A stretch of 64,000 bases of DNA, taken from contig NC_042997.1 of assembly GCF_006345805.1 (NCBI RefSeq), positions 129,394,001 through 129,458,000 on the forward strand, written 5' to 3'. Shown piece after piece: positions 13,240 through 26,369 of the stretch. Position numbers and translations under genes: made by a program. The notes under the pieces are model-generated. The model worked only from the letters and a program-made list of their open reading frames with translations. It was not told the origin of the DNA and did no database searches. Position 1 is the stretch's first letter, and every line of letters starts with the position of its first letter. Source of the stretch: Octopus sinensis. Taxonomy: Eukaryota.

Positions 13240-13900
13240 GGATGCTTCCTGTTATAGTGCCCCATTAGTGTGTATCAGCGTGTCTGTCTCTGAATGGAGC
13301 TCTTAATTCAGGTGTATCACAGGGTTCAGGTATCTTTCATATCCTTCCATATATGAATGACTTTATTGCATTATACGCCGCTTTACAAATTATTAAATAC
13401 CCGGTGTTCTTCCTTAATCTTCAGACAGTATTCACATACAACACCAGGCTAAACATACACAACTTCTATGTAACTTTGAGAATATCTTTCAGTAACGTCA
13501 AGCCCACCTAATTTCTTTCAACCAAGCGTCACTACAAGCTCAAACATACAATCACTGACGTATAAAGCAACAATCTTGAATCTTGCCTTCTCTACTCATA
13601 ACTGAAACTCTGAAAGTCACTATAAATGCTAGGCTTCACAATCTCTGACAGTCTTTCATGGCAACTCCACATCACTAAAATTTCACCACAGAGACAAAGC
13701 TTCTTCAGAGCCAGGAAATACTTCAGTCTTGATCAGTTTCCTAGCTCTTAGAACCATTTGACTGATTGGTAGAATGCCAACTACCAAAATATTATAACCT
13801 CTAGCTCAGATCTACTCTATTTCTGACTGCTATCTCATTTATAGTAACCATTTTCTCTGCTCTTCTGGACTAGCTAATTATACCTAAACCTACTCAACTG
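13240..13900 (+). mobile_element. Decayed Jockey/CR1-like LINE RT fragment
   Basis: NSGVSQGS...PYMND (QG motif) and LGFTISDSLSWQLHITKI...FRARKYF. Confidence 0.65.
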
Positions 13901-14959
13901 GTCAGTCTCTCCTCTTCTCATCATGCTTACTGTGTCATGCCTCTCAAATCCCACACTAAAAACTTCATCCAATCTTTTTCATGAACATCAAGATGGTAGA
14001 AAATCTTCCCCTCCCATTTCTTACTTGCAAACATTAACCTACAGATGTTTGATGTGGGCATCAGCCACACTAGTATCATCAGTCTGAAACGACCTATAAA
14101 GGGCATGAGCACTACCCTACTATGTTTAACTAACTTATAAAAATAGTGTACTCACAATTTTGTTACATAGCATTTGCTGGAGTTAGATGGGTCCAATGTG
14201 GCAATAAATGTTGCACTGATCTTGGTGTAGATGTATTTTATATTTGTTTGGATCAGGTGAGGAATATAGTTTTTTTTCTGTTGCTGTGTTGTAGTTTTGT
14301 AGTGTGTGTTTAGGTGTTAATAGATTATTAAACAAGTGTTGTATGGACTTGAGCAAACTTTAGTCATGAATTGTGCTTATCAGTTGTAACTTCCTAAACA
14401 ACTGATACCACACTCTAAATATTTAGTGACCTTTTATTATCTATTAAGTGTCCATATCCCTTCCAGCTTGGAGTTCGTAGAGGGAAGAGAGAGGGGATAT
14501 AGTTGTAGAGATGAATGAGAGAAAGAGAGAGGGCTGCAGTTATGGAGATGAAGATTTGAGCAAAGTACAGAATCCACAAGGTAACATTGTAGTGGAGGTA
14601 GTGGTGCATAGCTTAATAGTTCAATAGAACTGGTATTGGATGTTTAGTTTCGAACTTTAGTTGTGTGAGGGATGTAGAGGGTAAAACATGTTAAAGGATA
14701 ATTTCACTTGGTTGGGCTATGGATGATCAGCATATAATTAACATTGTTGCATCATTTGAACTGATTTGAAGGGTGTGAAGTTGTGTCATAAAGTGATATG
14801 TGAGTTGCCTTGATAACATATCTACTTTTTCCATGAAAATGAGAAATTGATTTATGTACTTCAGTTTTAGCCATTTTTTAACTTCATTTCTTTTTATGTA
14901 TAAAAATGTTCAGTTGTACATCTAAGAAAAAAAATATATACTTGAGCCATGTATCCAAT

Positions 14960-14988
14960 TTCTTGATTTTTTTTTTTTCTATTTGCAG
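14960..14988 (+). promoter_or_regulatory. 3' splice acceptor for an intron in the POMGNT2 5' UTR
   Basis: Long poly-T tract followed by ctatttgcAG|gaag, 91 nt upstream of the ATG, implying an upstream non-coding exon. Confidence 0.7.
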
Positions 14989-15079
14989 GAAGAAGAAAAC
15001 ATTCTATTGTTGCTCAAAGGAACAGTTTATTTAAACATTACTTAGCTATCTGAAGTGATATAAAGTAGTTTCTGTGAAA

Positions 15080-16876
15080 ATGCCGTCTCTGCATTATATT
15101 TCACATGCTGTTGCTCTTGCATTGATTGCAATGCTGATCAGAAAATACATAGAACTGAAGATTTACCATGATGATGTCATGTCTTCATGTTACTTTTCTG
15201 AAGCAAACCATGAAAATTCAGAAGTAGAAAATGAAATTGAACATGAAACACCTCCAAAAGCTCCTGTGCCAACTTCTGATGACCCTAGATTTCTAACACC
15301 AGAGTATTTGAATCAGAAACTATTTTCTGATGGCTCATCTGTAACCTGTAATCCTACAGACCATGCTGCTCAACGGACTTGCCATTTTGTCAACCTGTGT
15401 TATTTTGCTGAAAGAGACAGTTACTTGTTTTTTCACAGTGATAAAAGTATACTCGAAAATATTCCTGTTAATCGATACTCTCCAACTTTAGTTGAATTAT
15501 CTTCAGTTACAAACCATACTTACAATCATTTTAATTATATTGACATGCCTGTAAGTGCTTCTAGATTGTTCCACATAAAATGGGTGACAACTTCCAGTTT
15601 GATTATAAGAAGATTTAAACCTGACAATCTTATGCATGTCATTCACGATGATATTCTACCTCTCTTTCAGACTCTCAGACATTTTAATCTTGCTGCCAAT
15701 ACTTCAGACCGCTTTCATTATAGATTAATATTTGATGATGAGTGGGGAGAAGGTCCTTTCTTAAAACTCTATGATATTCTCTCAGTGTATCAACCGATTT
15801 TTAAGTCTATGCTTCGTGAAGCCCCAGGATTGACTTGTTTTCATCAAGCCTATGTTGGTTTAGTAAAATCTACTGCATGGTATGATTATGGCTTTTATAA
15901 GCCACAAGGTCCTCTTCCTGAAAGAAAGGTGAGCAGTATTGAAATTAACAGCTTATTGGAGTATACACGGAGAGAATTAGGTCTAAGCATCAATACTGAT
16001 AATTCAGATTATTTAGTTCTCGTATCAAGGAAATCAACAAGGCTTATCTTGAATGAAATTGAATTAAGCTTAGCTTTGTCACGTGAGGTCCGTACTAAAG
16101 TGATTCATTTAAGTCAAGAACAGTATACAATTGAACAGATGATTGAAGTTGTGTCTAATTCTATAGGAATAATTGGAATGCATGGATCATTATTAACTCT
16201 TGCTATGTATTTACCTGCTGGTAGTATTTTAATAGAACTGTTCCCATATGCTGTAAATCCTGATCATTATTCTCCATATAAAACACTGGTTTCTTTGCCT
16301 GGAATGAACATTCTGTACAGAGCATGGCGTAATATGGAACAAAAGAAATCATTTGGTCATTTAACTATGGGAAATATTGAATATCTTCCTCATGATGAAC
16401 AACAAAGAATTATTTTTCAAATGGAAGTGCCAAGACATATTTGTTGTAATGATCCATCATGGCTTTACCATATTTACCAAGACACTGAAGTTGATATTGA
16501 AACTATAATCTCCTTGACAAAAGAAGCTATTTTGGCCACAAAAACTGAAAATAATCGGGCCGTGGATAAAATAGCTACAAACTTTGTCATACCTGATAAA
16601 GTTACACATGATAGTTGCAAAACTATGGTTGATGGCTCCAAGCAGATAATTATTTATTGGGAAATTCCTTGGAACTTACAGTTTTTCAACTATGAAATAG
16701 TTGAATATGAAGTGTTGTTGCAATACACCAAAAGTCCTGAAAAATCTACAATTTTTAGAGTTTCGGCCAGCTCCATAACACTAGAACCATCAGACAGTTT
16801 TTACATTGTGTGGGTTCGCTGTTGCTTGGATGAGATTCATATAGGACCATTTAAGCAAATTGCTTGTGTTGAATGA
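15080..16876 (+). CDS. POMGNT2: Protein O-linked-mannose beta-1,4-N-acetylglucosaminyltransferase 2 (GT61 family; GTDC2/AGO61), 598 aa, single coding exon
   Basis: N-terminal signal-anchor (HAVALALIAMLIRKY). Contains motifs I recognise from POMGNT2: RRFKPDNLMHVIHDDILPLFQTLRHF, WYDYGFYKPQGP, GMHGSLL, IELFPYAVNPDHYSPYKTL..LPGM, CCNDPSWLYHIYQDTEVDI, and a C-terminal FN3-like segment (IIIYWEIPWNL...YEVLLQ...YIVWVRC). First ATG at 15080, with an in-frame TGA upstream at 15056-15058. Confidence 0.95.
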   Translation: MPSLHYISHAVALALIAMLIRKYIELKIYHDDVMSSCYFSEANHENSEVENEIEHETPPKAPVPTSDDPRFLTPEYLNQKLFSDGSSVTCNPTDHAAQRTCHFVNLCYFAERDSYLFFHSDKSILENIPVNRYSPTLVELSSVTNHTYNHFNYIDMPVSASRLFHIKWVTTSSLIIRRFKPDNLMHVIHDDILPLFQTLRHFNLAANTSDRFHYRLIFDDEWGEGPFLKLYDILSVYQPIFKSMLREAPGLTCFHQAYVGLVKSTAWYDYGFYKPQGPLPERKVSSIEINSLLEYTRRELGLSINTDNSDYLVLVSRKSTRLILNEIELSLALSREVRTKVIHLSQEQYTIEQMIEVVSNSIGIIGMHGSLLTLAMYLPAGSILIELFPYAVNPDHYSPYKTLVSLPGMNILYRAWRNMEQKKSFGHLTMGNIEYLPHDEQQRIIFQMEVPRHICCNDPSWLYHIYQDTEVDIETIISLTKEAILATKTENNRAVDKIATNFVIPDKVTHDSCKTMVDGSKQIIIYWEIPWNLQFFNYEIVEYEVLLQYTKSPEKSTIFRVSASSITLEPSDSFYIVWVRCCLDEIHIGPFKQIACVE

Positions 16877-17158
16877 TTTGTTATGCTTGGCAATAATTGA
16901 TAATATTCAAATTATGCTGGGGTCAACTTTGCCTCTCATCCTTCCAGGGTAGATTAAAATATAACATCAGTCAAGTTCTGGTCTTGATATAATTGACTAA
17001 ATCCTCCCCAAAATTTGAGGCCTTGTGCCTGTATAAGAAAAAAAAATCAATGATTGATATTTGATGAAGTCAGTTCTCTATTTATTTTAGAAGGGTTATT
17101 TTCTTGAACTTAACTCTTATTCCAAAGTATTCATGTTGTAAATAATTTGTCAGACATA

Positions 17159-17168
17159 AATAAATAAA
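17159..17168 (+). terminator. Candidate polyadenylation signal(s) for POMGNT2
   Basis: Overlapping AATAAA hexamers about 280 nt after the stop. The region is AT-rich, so these could be chance matches. Confidence 0.35.
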
Positions 17169-18709
17169 TTCTAGTTTACAGTCATTATCTAAGTATAAAA
17201 GCCTCTTTCCTTCTGAAAAGAGGAACATACCACTTAAATACTTTTTTGTTTTTAGTCTGAAAAATGTATTTTCTTGTGTCAGCCAATATTTTAATGATTC
17301 ATCCACTTCTCTCTCATTTCTGCCTCTCAATTACACACTATACATGCACACACATACTTATGACAGACAGATATGAACCAGGAGTCATTCAGACTCAAGA
17401 CTGGATTGGACTTCAAGAATAAAATTGTATATGTCATTAACTTAAAATGATTCATTACACTTGGCCATATGTTTCACACTTATTTTCTAAGAAATGAAGC
17501 ATTTAGTGAAGTTGATGAAATTTATACTCAAAATTTAGATTAATTGTTTGTAGGGATATTCTAAATATAGATGTAGAAATTTGAATTGAATAGAAGAGAG
17601 TATAAAGGTAAGAGGGAATGTAGTGATGTAGATGAGGGTGGATAATGACAAATGTACTGGTAGATATTTGAATTGGTAGAGAGAGAAAAAAAAAGTTAAA
17701 TAGGGAAATATTTAAGAAAGTATATTATGGAGGGGAATGAGTAGGAGAGTAGCATAAGGATGTGAGTAATAACTTATCTGTAAATAGTGAAAATATACAA
17801 AATATATAAACTTTACTTGTAAGGAATGAAGAAAGAATATGAATTTAAGATTGTATTTAGTATATATAGTAAAGAGTATTTAAATTGAACAAAATATAAC
17901 CATAATCAAAGTTTTTTTTTAAGTATGTTAACAAAACAAGCTAAGAAGAATGTATTTCTAGCTGTTGTAGATGTTTGAAGGAGGAGAGATGAGGAAGACA
18001 AATGAGATTAAGGGGGAGGTATGGGATAAAGAGATGAAGAAGAAAAAACTAACCAATCCTACTGCATGGTGCCTTGGGCAAGTGTCTTTTACTGTAGTTC
18101 GTGGTTCAATTGCCTTTTGAGTGAAACTGTGTGTGCCCATGTGTAAATAAAACTCAGTATATGCAATTGAAGCAGCATTAAATGAAAATTGCCATCTGTG
18201 TATCATAGTAAATGTATACACACTGTGAGAAGGCATGAAACTGGATTTGTTCAAGCTAAAATCTCTTCCTAGACTTATCATCATCATTGTTTAAACATCT
18301 GCTTTCCATGTTGGCATGAGTTGAATAGTTTGATTGAAAACTGGTAAGCCAGGGAGCTGCACCAGGTTCCAATCTGATTTGGCAAGGTTTCTACAGCTGG
18401 ATGCCCTTCCTAATGCCATCCACTCCAAGAATGTAGTGGGTGCTTTTTACATGCCTCTAACATGACACTGGCATCGGCCATGACTAGGATCTCACTTGGT
18501 TTGACAGGTCTGCACAAGCACAGTGTATCACCAAAGGTCTCAGTTACCTGTCACTGCTTCCATTAGGTCCAACATTTGAACGGTGCTTTTTATGTACCAC
18601 CAGCACGGGTGCAAGCCAGATGACACTAAATATATATTGGAGTGAGACAAACGTTGCTGCTGCAAAGACTCATGAGAATGCAATGCCAGTGAATATTTTA
18701 TTCAGTTTC

Positions 18710-18745
<36 letters not shown>

Positions 18746-19074
18746 TAGAAAAATAACCACCTTTTATCAATTCAATAATGAAAAATTAAATTATATCATT
18801 TAGAAAAATTACATATTATAGGTGTTTTTTTTCTAATTTATATATATATATATTATATTTTGTGAAATTTGATTTAGTATTTCTAAATTGAATTTTTTCC
18901 CTGTAAGTTTGGAATAATATTCCCTCGTATTATTATTATTATATATATATATATATATAAATCAAAGAATGAATTTTGGTAAAGCTGGTAACAATCAAGT
19001 ACTTAGCACTGACAAAGGGAAAATATGTTGTGAGTTACTATAGCAACAATATTTGTTTCATTTGGATATATATA

Positions 19075-19164
19075 CAGTAATACTTCGACTGTCCTGGGTG
19101 TTATGTTCCAAAACCCCACCACAATAGGTGAAAATCCACGAAGTAGAATCAGTACTGTACTGTA
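19075..19164. mobile_element. Tigger/pogo-like (Tc1-mariner) MITE end fragment
   Basis: TA|CAGTAATACTTCGAC...GTGTTATGTTCCAAAACCCC...GGTGAAAATCCACGAAGTAG resembles Tigger-type left ends. Confidence 0.45.
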
Positions 19165-19900
19165 TATTATAATTTGTATATATTTATTTTATTATAAATG
19201 CAAACCAACACCATGGTGGAATCGACATAAGCTTAAATAATAAACTACAATATGGCAAAAGATTACTATATTTTTTTTCCTTTTTAACACAAGTGTATGA
19301 TCTCCAACAAAAACAGCTGGCAATATATGTATGTATGCATGTTTGCTTGCATATTTACATGTGTGTGTGTGTGTGTGCATGTGTGAGTATATATATATAT
19401 ATGTATATACACCTATGTATATACATGTGAGTATATATATGCATATACACATGTATGTATAGTTGTGTATATGTATTTGTAATTGCATTTGGATGTTAAC
19501 CCTGGAGTTTACTCTATAAAGCTCATCCATGGGTCCAGGCTATCAGACAGATGGTAATCTAGAGATTGATTGTTATATCAAACATATACCTGAAAATCCA
19601 CAAAAACCTGCAATTTCTCTACAATTATAACCAGAGAATGGAGTGAGCAAGTTCTATTTCATTAATTTACAATTGTTTCCTGGAAAATCCATCTTGTGAG
19701 CATTACTGTATTATGCAATAATATTGAAGGTCAGAATCATTCAAGAAAGTTATTTGTGGTGAAAAATTGAGTTAACAATAATTTATACCTATATCGAGTA
19801 AGACATGCTTAAATGATTACATTTACATATTACAAGCCAAACAAAAGAGACCCGGGTTTGAGTTGACTGGTCAAGGAGGAATCAGAAAAAAAAAGCATTT

Positions 19901-20304
19901 AGGCGTGTGGTAAGTAGCTTGCTTACGAACCAAATGGTTCCGGGTTCAGTCCCACTGCGTGGCACCTCGGGCAAGTGTCTTCTACTATAGCCTTGGGCCA
20001 ACCAAAGCCTTGTGAATGGATTTTGGTAGACAGAAACTGAAAGAAGCCCGTCAATGTATATATGTATGTGTGTGTGTGTATATATTTTTGTGTCTGTGTT
20101 TGCCCCCCCCCCCCAACATTGCTTGACAACTGATGCTGGTGTGTTTACATCCCCATAACTTAGTGGTTCAGTAAAAGAGATCAATAGAATAAGCACTAGG
20201 CTTACAAAGAATAAGTCCTGGGATCGATTTGCTCGACTAAAGGTGGTGCTCTAGCATGGCCACAGTCACATGACTGAAACAACTAAAAAGAGAGAATAAA
20301 GAGT
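19901..20304 (+). mobile_element. SINE family A
   Basis: Near full-length copy of the shared consensus. Confidence 0.85.
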
Positions 20305-23147
20305 TTAAAAGCTTTTAGTTTATAGCTGACTGCAATAAGGAGGCGGACAAAAAACTACAGAGTACCTTTAAGATGGAAACTGTTGACAAGATTATAATTC
20401 ATTATATGATGTCTAAAAACAATCTTTTCTTGTATGTGTTTATTTTTTATTTATTTAATTTTTTGCTTTTTCAATTCATCCTTCTTGACCAATCTAAACA
20501 TGCCCAACTCAATATAGGTATAAATTATTGTTAGCTCAAGTTTCTTCAGCAAATAACTTTTGTACATGATTTTGAAGGATCCATTCCACAAACATACATC
20601 TTCTTAGTAGGCGCTGCCTACAAAGACTAAAACTTCATATATAAATTATTAAATATAAAATGTAAATGGTCAATTAATTATAAAAAATGCTTTATTTGAT
20701 GCATAAAATTCAATGTATAAATCAGTAACTGGCCATTATTTTTATGTGAAACAGGCACAATATTCATATACTTTTCAACCTCACTATATATACATGTTTG
20801 ATGTTAACAAGCTGCGAGTTCAGCTATGGAATACATTAAATGTTGTGCATTAAAGGCGGAGAAATTTTTCCTTTTGCTCAGTGTCATACTGATTATTATA
20901 TAAAATAGCAATAATGTATGTATATATGTGTGAATACAATGGTATGAAAAATTCTGTGTATCTACAGTGTTCACATGTAAATGAAGTTAAAATTTACTCC
21001 TCTCCCTTCATTGTATACCTACATCATTATAATTTTGGGGTTGGACAGATCACCAAGCATTTTACCTGCTGTTTCAGCTCTGATATGTTATGCACACTAC
21101 AGAAAATATTTTTTTTATAGTTGGAGGTCTTTCTTCTACACCAATCACTCTACAACTTGGAGTGGATGCATTTTTATTGTGCCACTGGCACTAGAGATGT
21201 TGTCTATTGTAGATTTAAAGAACACCTTTTACCAGTTCTTATTTGGAGATATTTTCCTAAACAGGTTACTTGCAGTGCAGACCAGCTACATTAAAACCTG
21301 AATTAGATACATTTTATCATGTCACTGACTAAAGTATATATCTTTAATGTATCTTCAGAGATTACTGATCTCTAGTGATTACTCAGCTACGATCACTTTT
21401 TTTTTCCTGTCAAAACATTTTGATCAGTCATATTAGCAATAATTTTGCAAGGTAATTTTAAAAAAATATAGTTATCTTTATTCTTCAGTGAACTGACTAG
21501 AGAAAGAACACATCTTAGTCCATCATTGATATTAATTCAATAGACAAAAATGTAACTGACAAATTACAATTCATAAGATACTATAGTAAAATAACTACTT
21601 TAGATTACAAGCTAATTGGTGTAAAAACTGCCCAGTCCTGATCGTAAATCTTGTTTACGCATGAATTTCTTGTCTAGATACAAAGCAACTTTTGTAATAG
21701 TTAATCATCAAGTATTAATGTAGTTAAAGTAGTGAGCATAAAAAAATCTTATTAGAAATACAAATGTGATGAAAGAATCACTAAATAGATTGTTCACAAG
21801 CAGATGTGAAAATGACTAATTGAATTGTGTGTCACTAATGCTTCCTTTACAGGACACATATGGATAAACTAGAAGATAGAGCATTTCATAGGCAACTACT
21901 TTTTTCACTCCCTTAACTGCTGCAGGCATGGTCATGTTGAAGTTAAGTCAACTGCAGAGTTTTCTACTACAGCCCTGAGTCAATCAATGCCATGTGAAGG
22001 AATTTGGTAGACAGACTGCAGGAAGCTTGTCATATATATGCATGAGTGTTTGTATACACTTACATTCCACACAATCCCCATTTGATCAAAGTGGTGCTCA
22101 TGTTCACATTATGATTGGTCACTCAAGGCTTTTGAAGTCTTGTGGAATAATTAAATCCCTTACTTGAAAAACAGGTAAGGTGTAAAAAGGGTTGGTGACA
22201 GGAACATTCAGCCCTTAAAATCCTGTTTCAATTCTCCATCCAAACCCATGCTAGCCTGGAAAAACAAATGTAAAATAAAAAAATAACATTGTGCTAATTG
22301 ATATCCACTAAGAAATTGTATGTGAAACAAAGGTCATAAATTCAGAAAACAAAATTCTATCCATAAATATTAATCATTCAACAATGAAGCAAGAAAATTA
22401 TTTGTTAACAACAAATAAATAAGGCTTCAGTAGCTCCTAAAAGATATATTTGATCATGCACAGTATATATGAATATATTTTACTACTGGTTTGACTGTTA
22501 ACATTTGTATATCTGCAACATATGATGTGGGCTTCCTTTTCTGCCAGCTTATCTATCTTGCTAGACCTCTTGCGTCCAATTAAATAAAATTGGATACATC
22601 ATACAAAATTCCTATTAACTTATCAGTATTTAATGTCCCATTTTTCATGCTGGCATGGGGTGGGCAGGTTGACAGAGGACTGCACCAAGCTCCAATGTCT
22701 GTTTTGGCATGATTTCTAAGGATGGATGCCCTTCCAACTGCTACTCATTTTATAGAGTATATTGGGTGCTTTTTATGTGGCACCAAGTAACTTGCAAAAC
22801 AAGACCCCCTCAACTCAAGGGGTTTAGTATTAAGACAGGTGCCTATCGAGACAAAGCATAAAGAATTTACAATAAAATTTTTTCCTAAAGTAATCAAGGT
22901 GAATATCAATTCAATACATTACGGTGTTATTGTATCACCAACATTTATGGAAATAGCCACCCAACAGAGTTTTGTTTACATAAAGATAAATCACGCATGG
23001 AAGTAGGGAACCTCTATAAAAAATACTGCCTTATGACATTGCATGACTATTTGTTTGGTTACCAAAATACGAAGGGTGACCATAAAACAGTGATCTAATC
23101 ATTCACATAAAACATTTCGCTTCCAAATTTATATTTCTGCAGCTTAA

Positions 23148-23362
23148 CCCTTTCGTTACTAACCTGGCTCTGACTGAGTACAAATATCTTGTGTTTTGTA
23201 AGTTTTGAATTAAAATCTTCCACGAAACCTTAGTCACAATTTATATTCCTAACACTAGCTGAATGATAACTAAGTTATTTTACCAAATTCTTTGTTATAT
23301 TTAAAGTAATTGAAAGAAATACAGAGCATCTCAAAAAAAAAAAAAATACAGTAATGAAAGGG
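23148..23362. mobile_element. piggyBac-like MITE
   Basis: TTAA|CCCTTTCGTTAC ... GTAATGAAAGGG|TTAA. A truncated reverse copy of its right end is at 33071-33145. Confidence 0.8.
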
Positions 23363-24296
23363 TTAATTATATTTTATTAAATTTGAAAAAAAACTCCCAA
23401 TGTTTACTTGTACTAACTTACCCAAATATCAGATTATTAATTGTGGAAACTAATCCAGTTTTATAAAACATTAATTGTAGTTGTAGATACCTCCAGACAG
23501 GCAGATTACCAGCCTATCACAGATACATTTTCTTTAAAGATGTTTCTAGTACTCTAATAAGATAAATTTTTCTGATTTAGTATTTTGCTTATAACAATCA
23601 TGATTTGTGTGAAAAGTCAAGTTAACAAACAAGCAATTTACATTATAAAAATATAAACAGGAAAATATATCAATTCTGAGTGTATGCAATACTAGTTAAA
23701 TATCAAAATTTATGTGTTTAAAGAATAGAACATAATCAAGGATAAGCCTTCATATAAGCTAAAAGAGAGCTGCTTTTTGTACAGAAACAACAAAAGACAC
23801 TTTAAAGCATACTGGCTAGTCTGTTTATTTACACATAGATGCAAACATGTATGAGCACCAGTCTGTGAGAGCAGTGGCCCTCAATAAGAAAGACACAAAC
23901 CATGATAACCTATCTAACCCATGCCAGCAGAAGAAGAGGATGTAAAATGATTACATATATACATCTGTGTATATACACACTCAGATGAGAAAACCTCGAC
24001 ATGGCTGCTTGGCCATGTAGAAATATTAACCAAATCAGATTTAAGACAGTAGTGCAACATGTATAAGCATGTAAAATGGTGAGGACCTTCGGTCTGAAAT
24101 GACCATGGGATTACACCTAGAAAATTTCCCTCTGAAGCACAAGTCCAGGCAAGGTTGTTTATAGAAGACTAACAGTCGCCCATGCATACCAGCCTCCCCT
24201 CTCATAATGTATATATTTGTTGTATATAAAGGAATAGAATTAGCTTGATTTTTGTCAAAGTGAGGCAAAAATACAAAAGAATGTCTTAGATAAGAG

Positions 24297-24505
24297 CAAT
24301 CAGCTCAGTGAAGAATTTAGAGTACAGGTAGGTATCTATGAAGGTTTGGTTCTCAGCCCTCTTGTAGTATTATAGTAACCAAAGTTATCACAGAAGAGTT
24401 TGAGACAGGCTGTCCATAGGAACTCTTATGCTGATGACTTAGTTCTCATAGCTGAATCCATCAAAGAATTAGAGAAGGAATTACAAATGTGGAAGCAAAG
24501 TCTAG
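24297..24505 (+). mobile_element. RTE LINE RT catalytic fragment
   Basis: SEEFRVQVG..G.VLSPL...ITEEFETGCP*EL.YADDLVLIAESIKELEKELQMWKQSL, with the YADD motif. Confidence 0.85.
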
Positions 24506-24517
24506 ATTAATAATAAT

Positions 24518-24850
24518 TTTACTTGTTTGTCATTTGACTGTGGCATCGCCTAGAAGGGTTATAGTCAAAGAAATTGACTCCAGATCTTTCTTTTTTTTTT
24601 TAAGCCTAGTACTTAGTCTATCGATGTCTTCTGCTGAACTGCTAAGTTACAGGGATGTAAACACACTAACACCAGTTGTCGAGCAGTATATACGATGGGC
24701 TTCTTTCAGTTTCTGTCTACCAAATCCACTCAAAAGGCTTTGGTTGACCTGAGGCTATAGTAGAAGACTCTTGCCCCAAGGTGCCATGCAGTGGGACTGA
24801 ACCTGGAACCATGTGGTTGGGAAGCAAGCCTTTTACCACACAGCCATGTC
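24518..24850 (-). mobile_element. SINE family A
   Basis: Diverged copy of the consensus. Confidence 0.75.
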
Positions 24851-25471
24851 TGTTTCTAACTTAACCACAAGGCCAGTAATTTTAAGGGGATGATGTTAAT
24901 TGATTGTATCCCAGTACTAGACAGGAACTATATTTTATCAACCCCAAAGCAAAGCTGATCTCGGTAGCATTTGAAATCAATGCAAAGAGCCAGAAGAAAT
25001 AATAATAATAATAATAATAATGTTTTCTTACATAAGTATAGGACTATATCATTTTATAAATGAGCAGTTTTGAGCAATTTAATTCAAGAGTAGAGGGGCT
25101 AGTGATGGTTGTCATCTTACAGATGTAGGGATAGGTATAGCAAATGTTGCTAGTGCATTTGAAGGTACTTGGTTGGGTGTGGCTTGGAAACTTCTACCTA
25201 AAAGGCTGCAAAGATTGAGTTGATCTCTGGTCAGTGAGTGGTGTCAATGCAGTTATCAATACTGAAACTGTCACGTTCTGGGGGTGCATCCAGTGAACTG
25301 TACTAAACTCCTGGCCTTGACATGGTTGGCATAAGAGATCAGTGTCCACTGTTGACCTGCTGATAAAATTCATCAGAGAAGAAGCAATTCAAAGAGAGAA
25401 TGTGTTTGACCAAAGGAGGAGGCTGGTATTACTGGGTTTAAATAGGAGTTAACAGTCAAGAAAGAGTTTAA

Positions 25472-25692
25472 CCATTTAGTGTTCGCATTATTCTGCCAAA
25501 ATTAATGCTTCTTCAGCTACATTGTTTTGAATTAATCATGCATTATCTTGTAGCTATGAGATTTTGATGAGGTAGCTGTTAATTTTTAAAACAATATTGT
25601 AGGGTTGGTGTGAGAGACCAGATCCGGTCAGTTTGAACATAAAACAGGCAAAATACTTTTGGCCGGATATGGCCGGTTTAAATGCTAAAGGG
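25472..25692. mobile_element. piggyBac-like MITE (second family)
   Basis: TTAA|CCATTTAGTGTT ... AATGCTAAAGGG|TTAA. Confidence 0.65.
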
Positions 25693-25756
25693 TTAAGGGT
25701 GAAAAATGATTGCTGTCAGGGAAGACTGTGTAGAATGATTTTTATATCTATGTATG

Positions 25757-26110
25757 GCTGTGTGGTAGCAAGAATTTTGCTATCAAACCACACGGTTCTG
25801 AGTTCAGTCGCACTGTGTGGCACCTTGGGCAAGTGTCTTCTACTATAGCCTCAGGCTGATCAAAGCCTTGTGAGTGGACTTGGTGGACAGAAACTGAAAG
25901 AAGCCTGTCATGTATATTTGTGTGTGACTGTCCCCCATCACCACTTGACTGGTGTTGGTGTGTTTACGATTTGGCAAAACAGACTGATAGATTAAAGTAC
26001 AAAGCTTAAAAAAAAGTCCTGAGGTCGATTTCTTTGACTAAAACCCTTCAAAGTGGTGTCCCAACATGGCCACAATCAAATGGCTCAAACAAGTAAAAGA
26101 TAAAAATAAA
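25757..26110 (+). mobile_element. SINE family A
   Basis: Diverged copy of the consensus. Confidence 0.75.
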
Positions 26111-26369
26111 ATGTGTGTATGTGTATCACTTTGTCTTGACAGAGTATGCCAGTTGTAAACAAGCATCACTGTTATACAAAAGGTGTCCTTTGCTTCCAAT
26201 CTTTGATGATAACATGTCCAACCATGGGGAATGTTACTTTGCTTGGAAACAAAAGGCATCAAGCCATAGAAAATCTGCTTCAACAAATTGTCTGATGCAT
26301 AAAGCATGGAAAAGTGGATATTAAAACGATGATAATGATGGTAAAAGGAAGTTTGAAGAGTTAATGAGA

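Noticed and set aside
15074-15079. ORF-track start (GTG) for the 600-aa ORF
   Set aside because: In a eukaryote the first ATG at 15080 is the likely start; it places the signal-anchor at the expected N-terminal position.
17082-17330. 82-aa minus-strand ORF behind POMGNT2
   Set aside because: No motif; overlaps the probable AT-rich POMGNT2 3' UTR.
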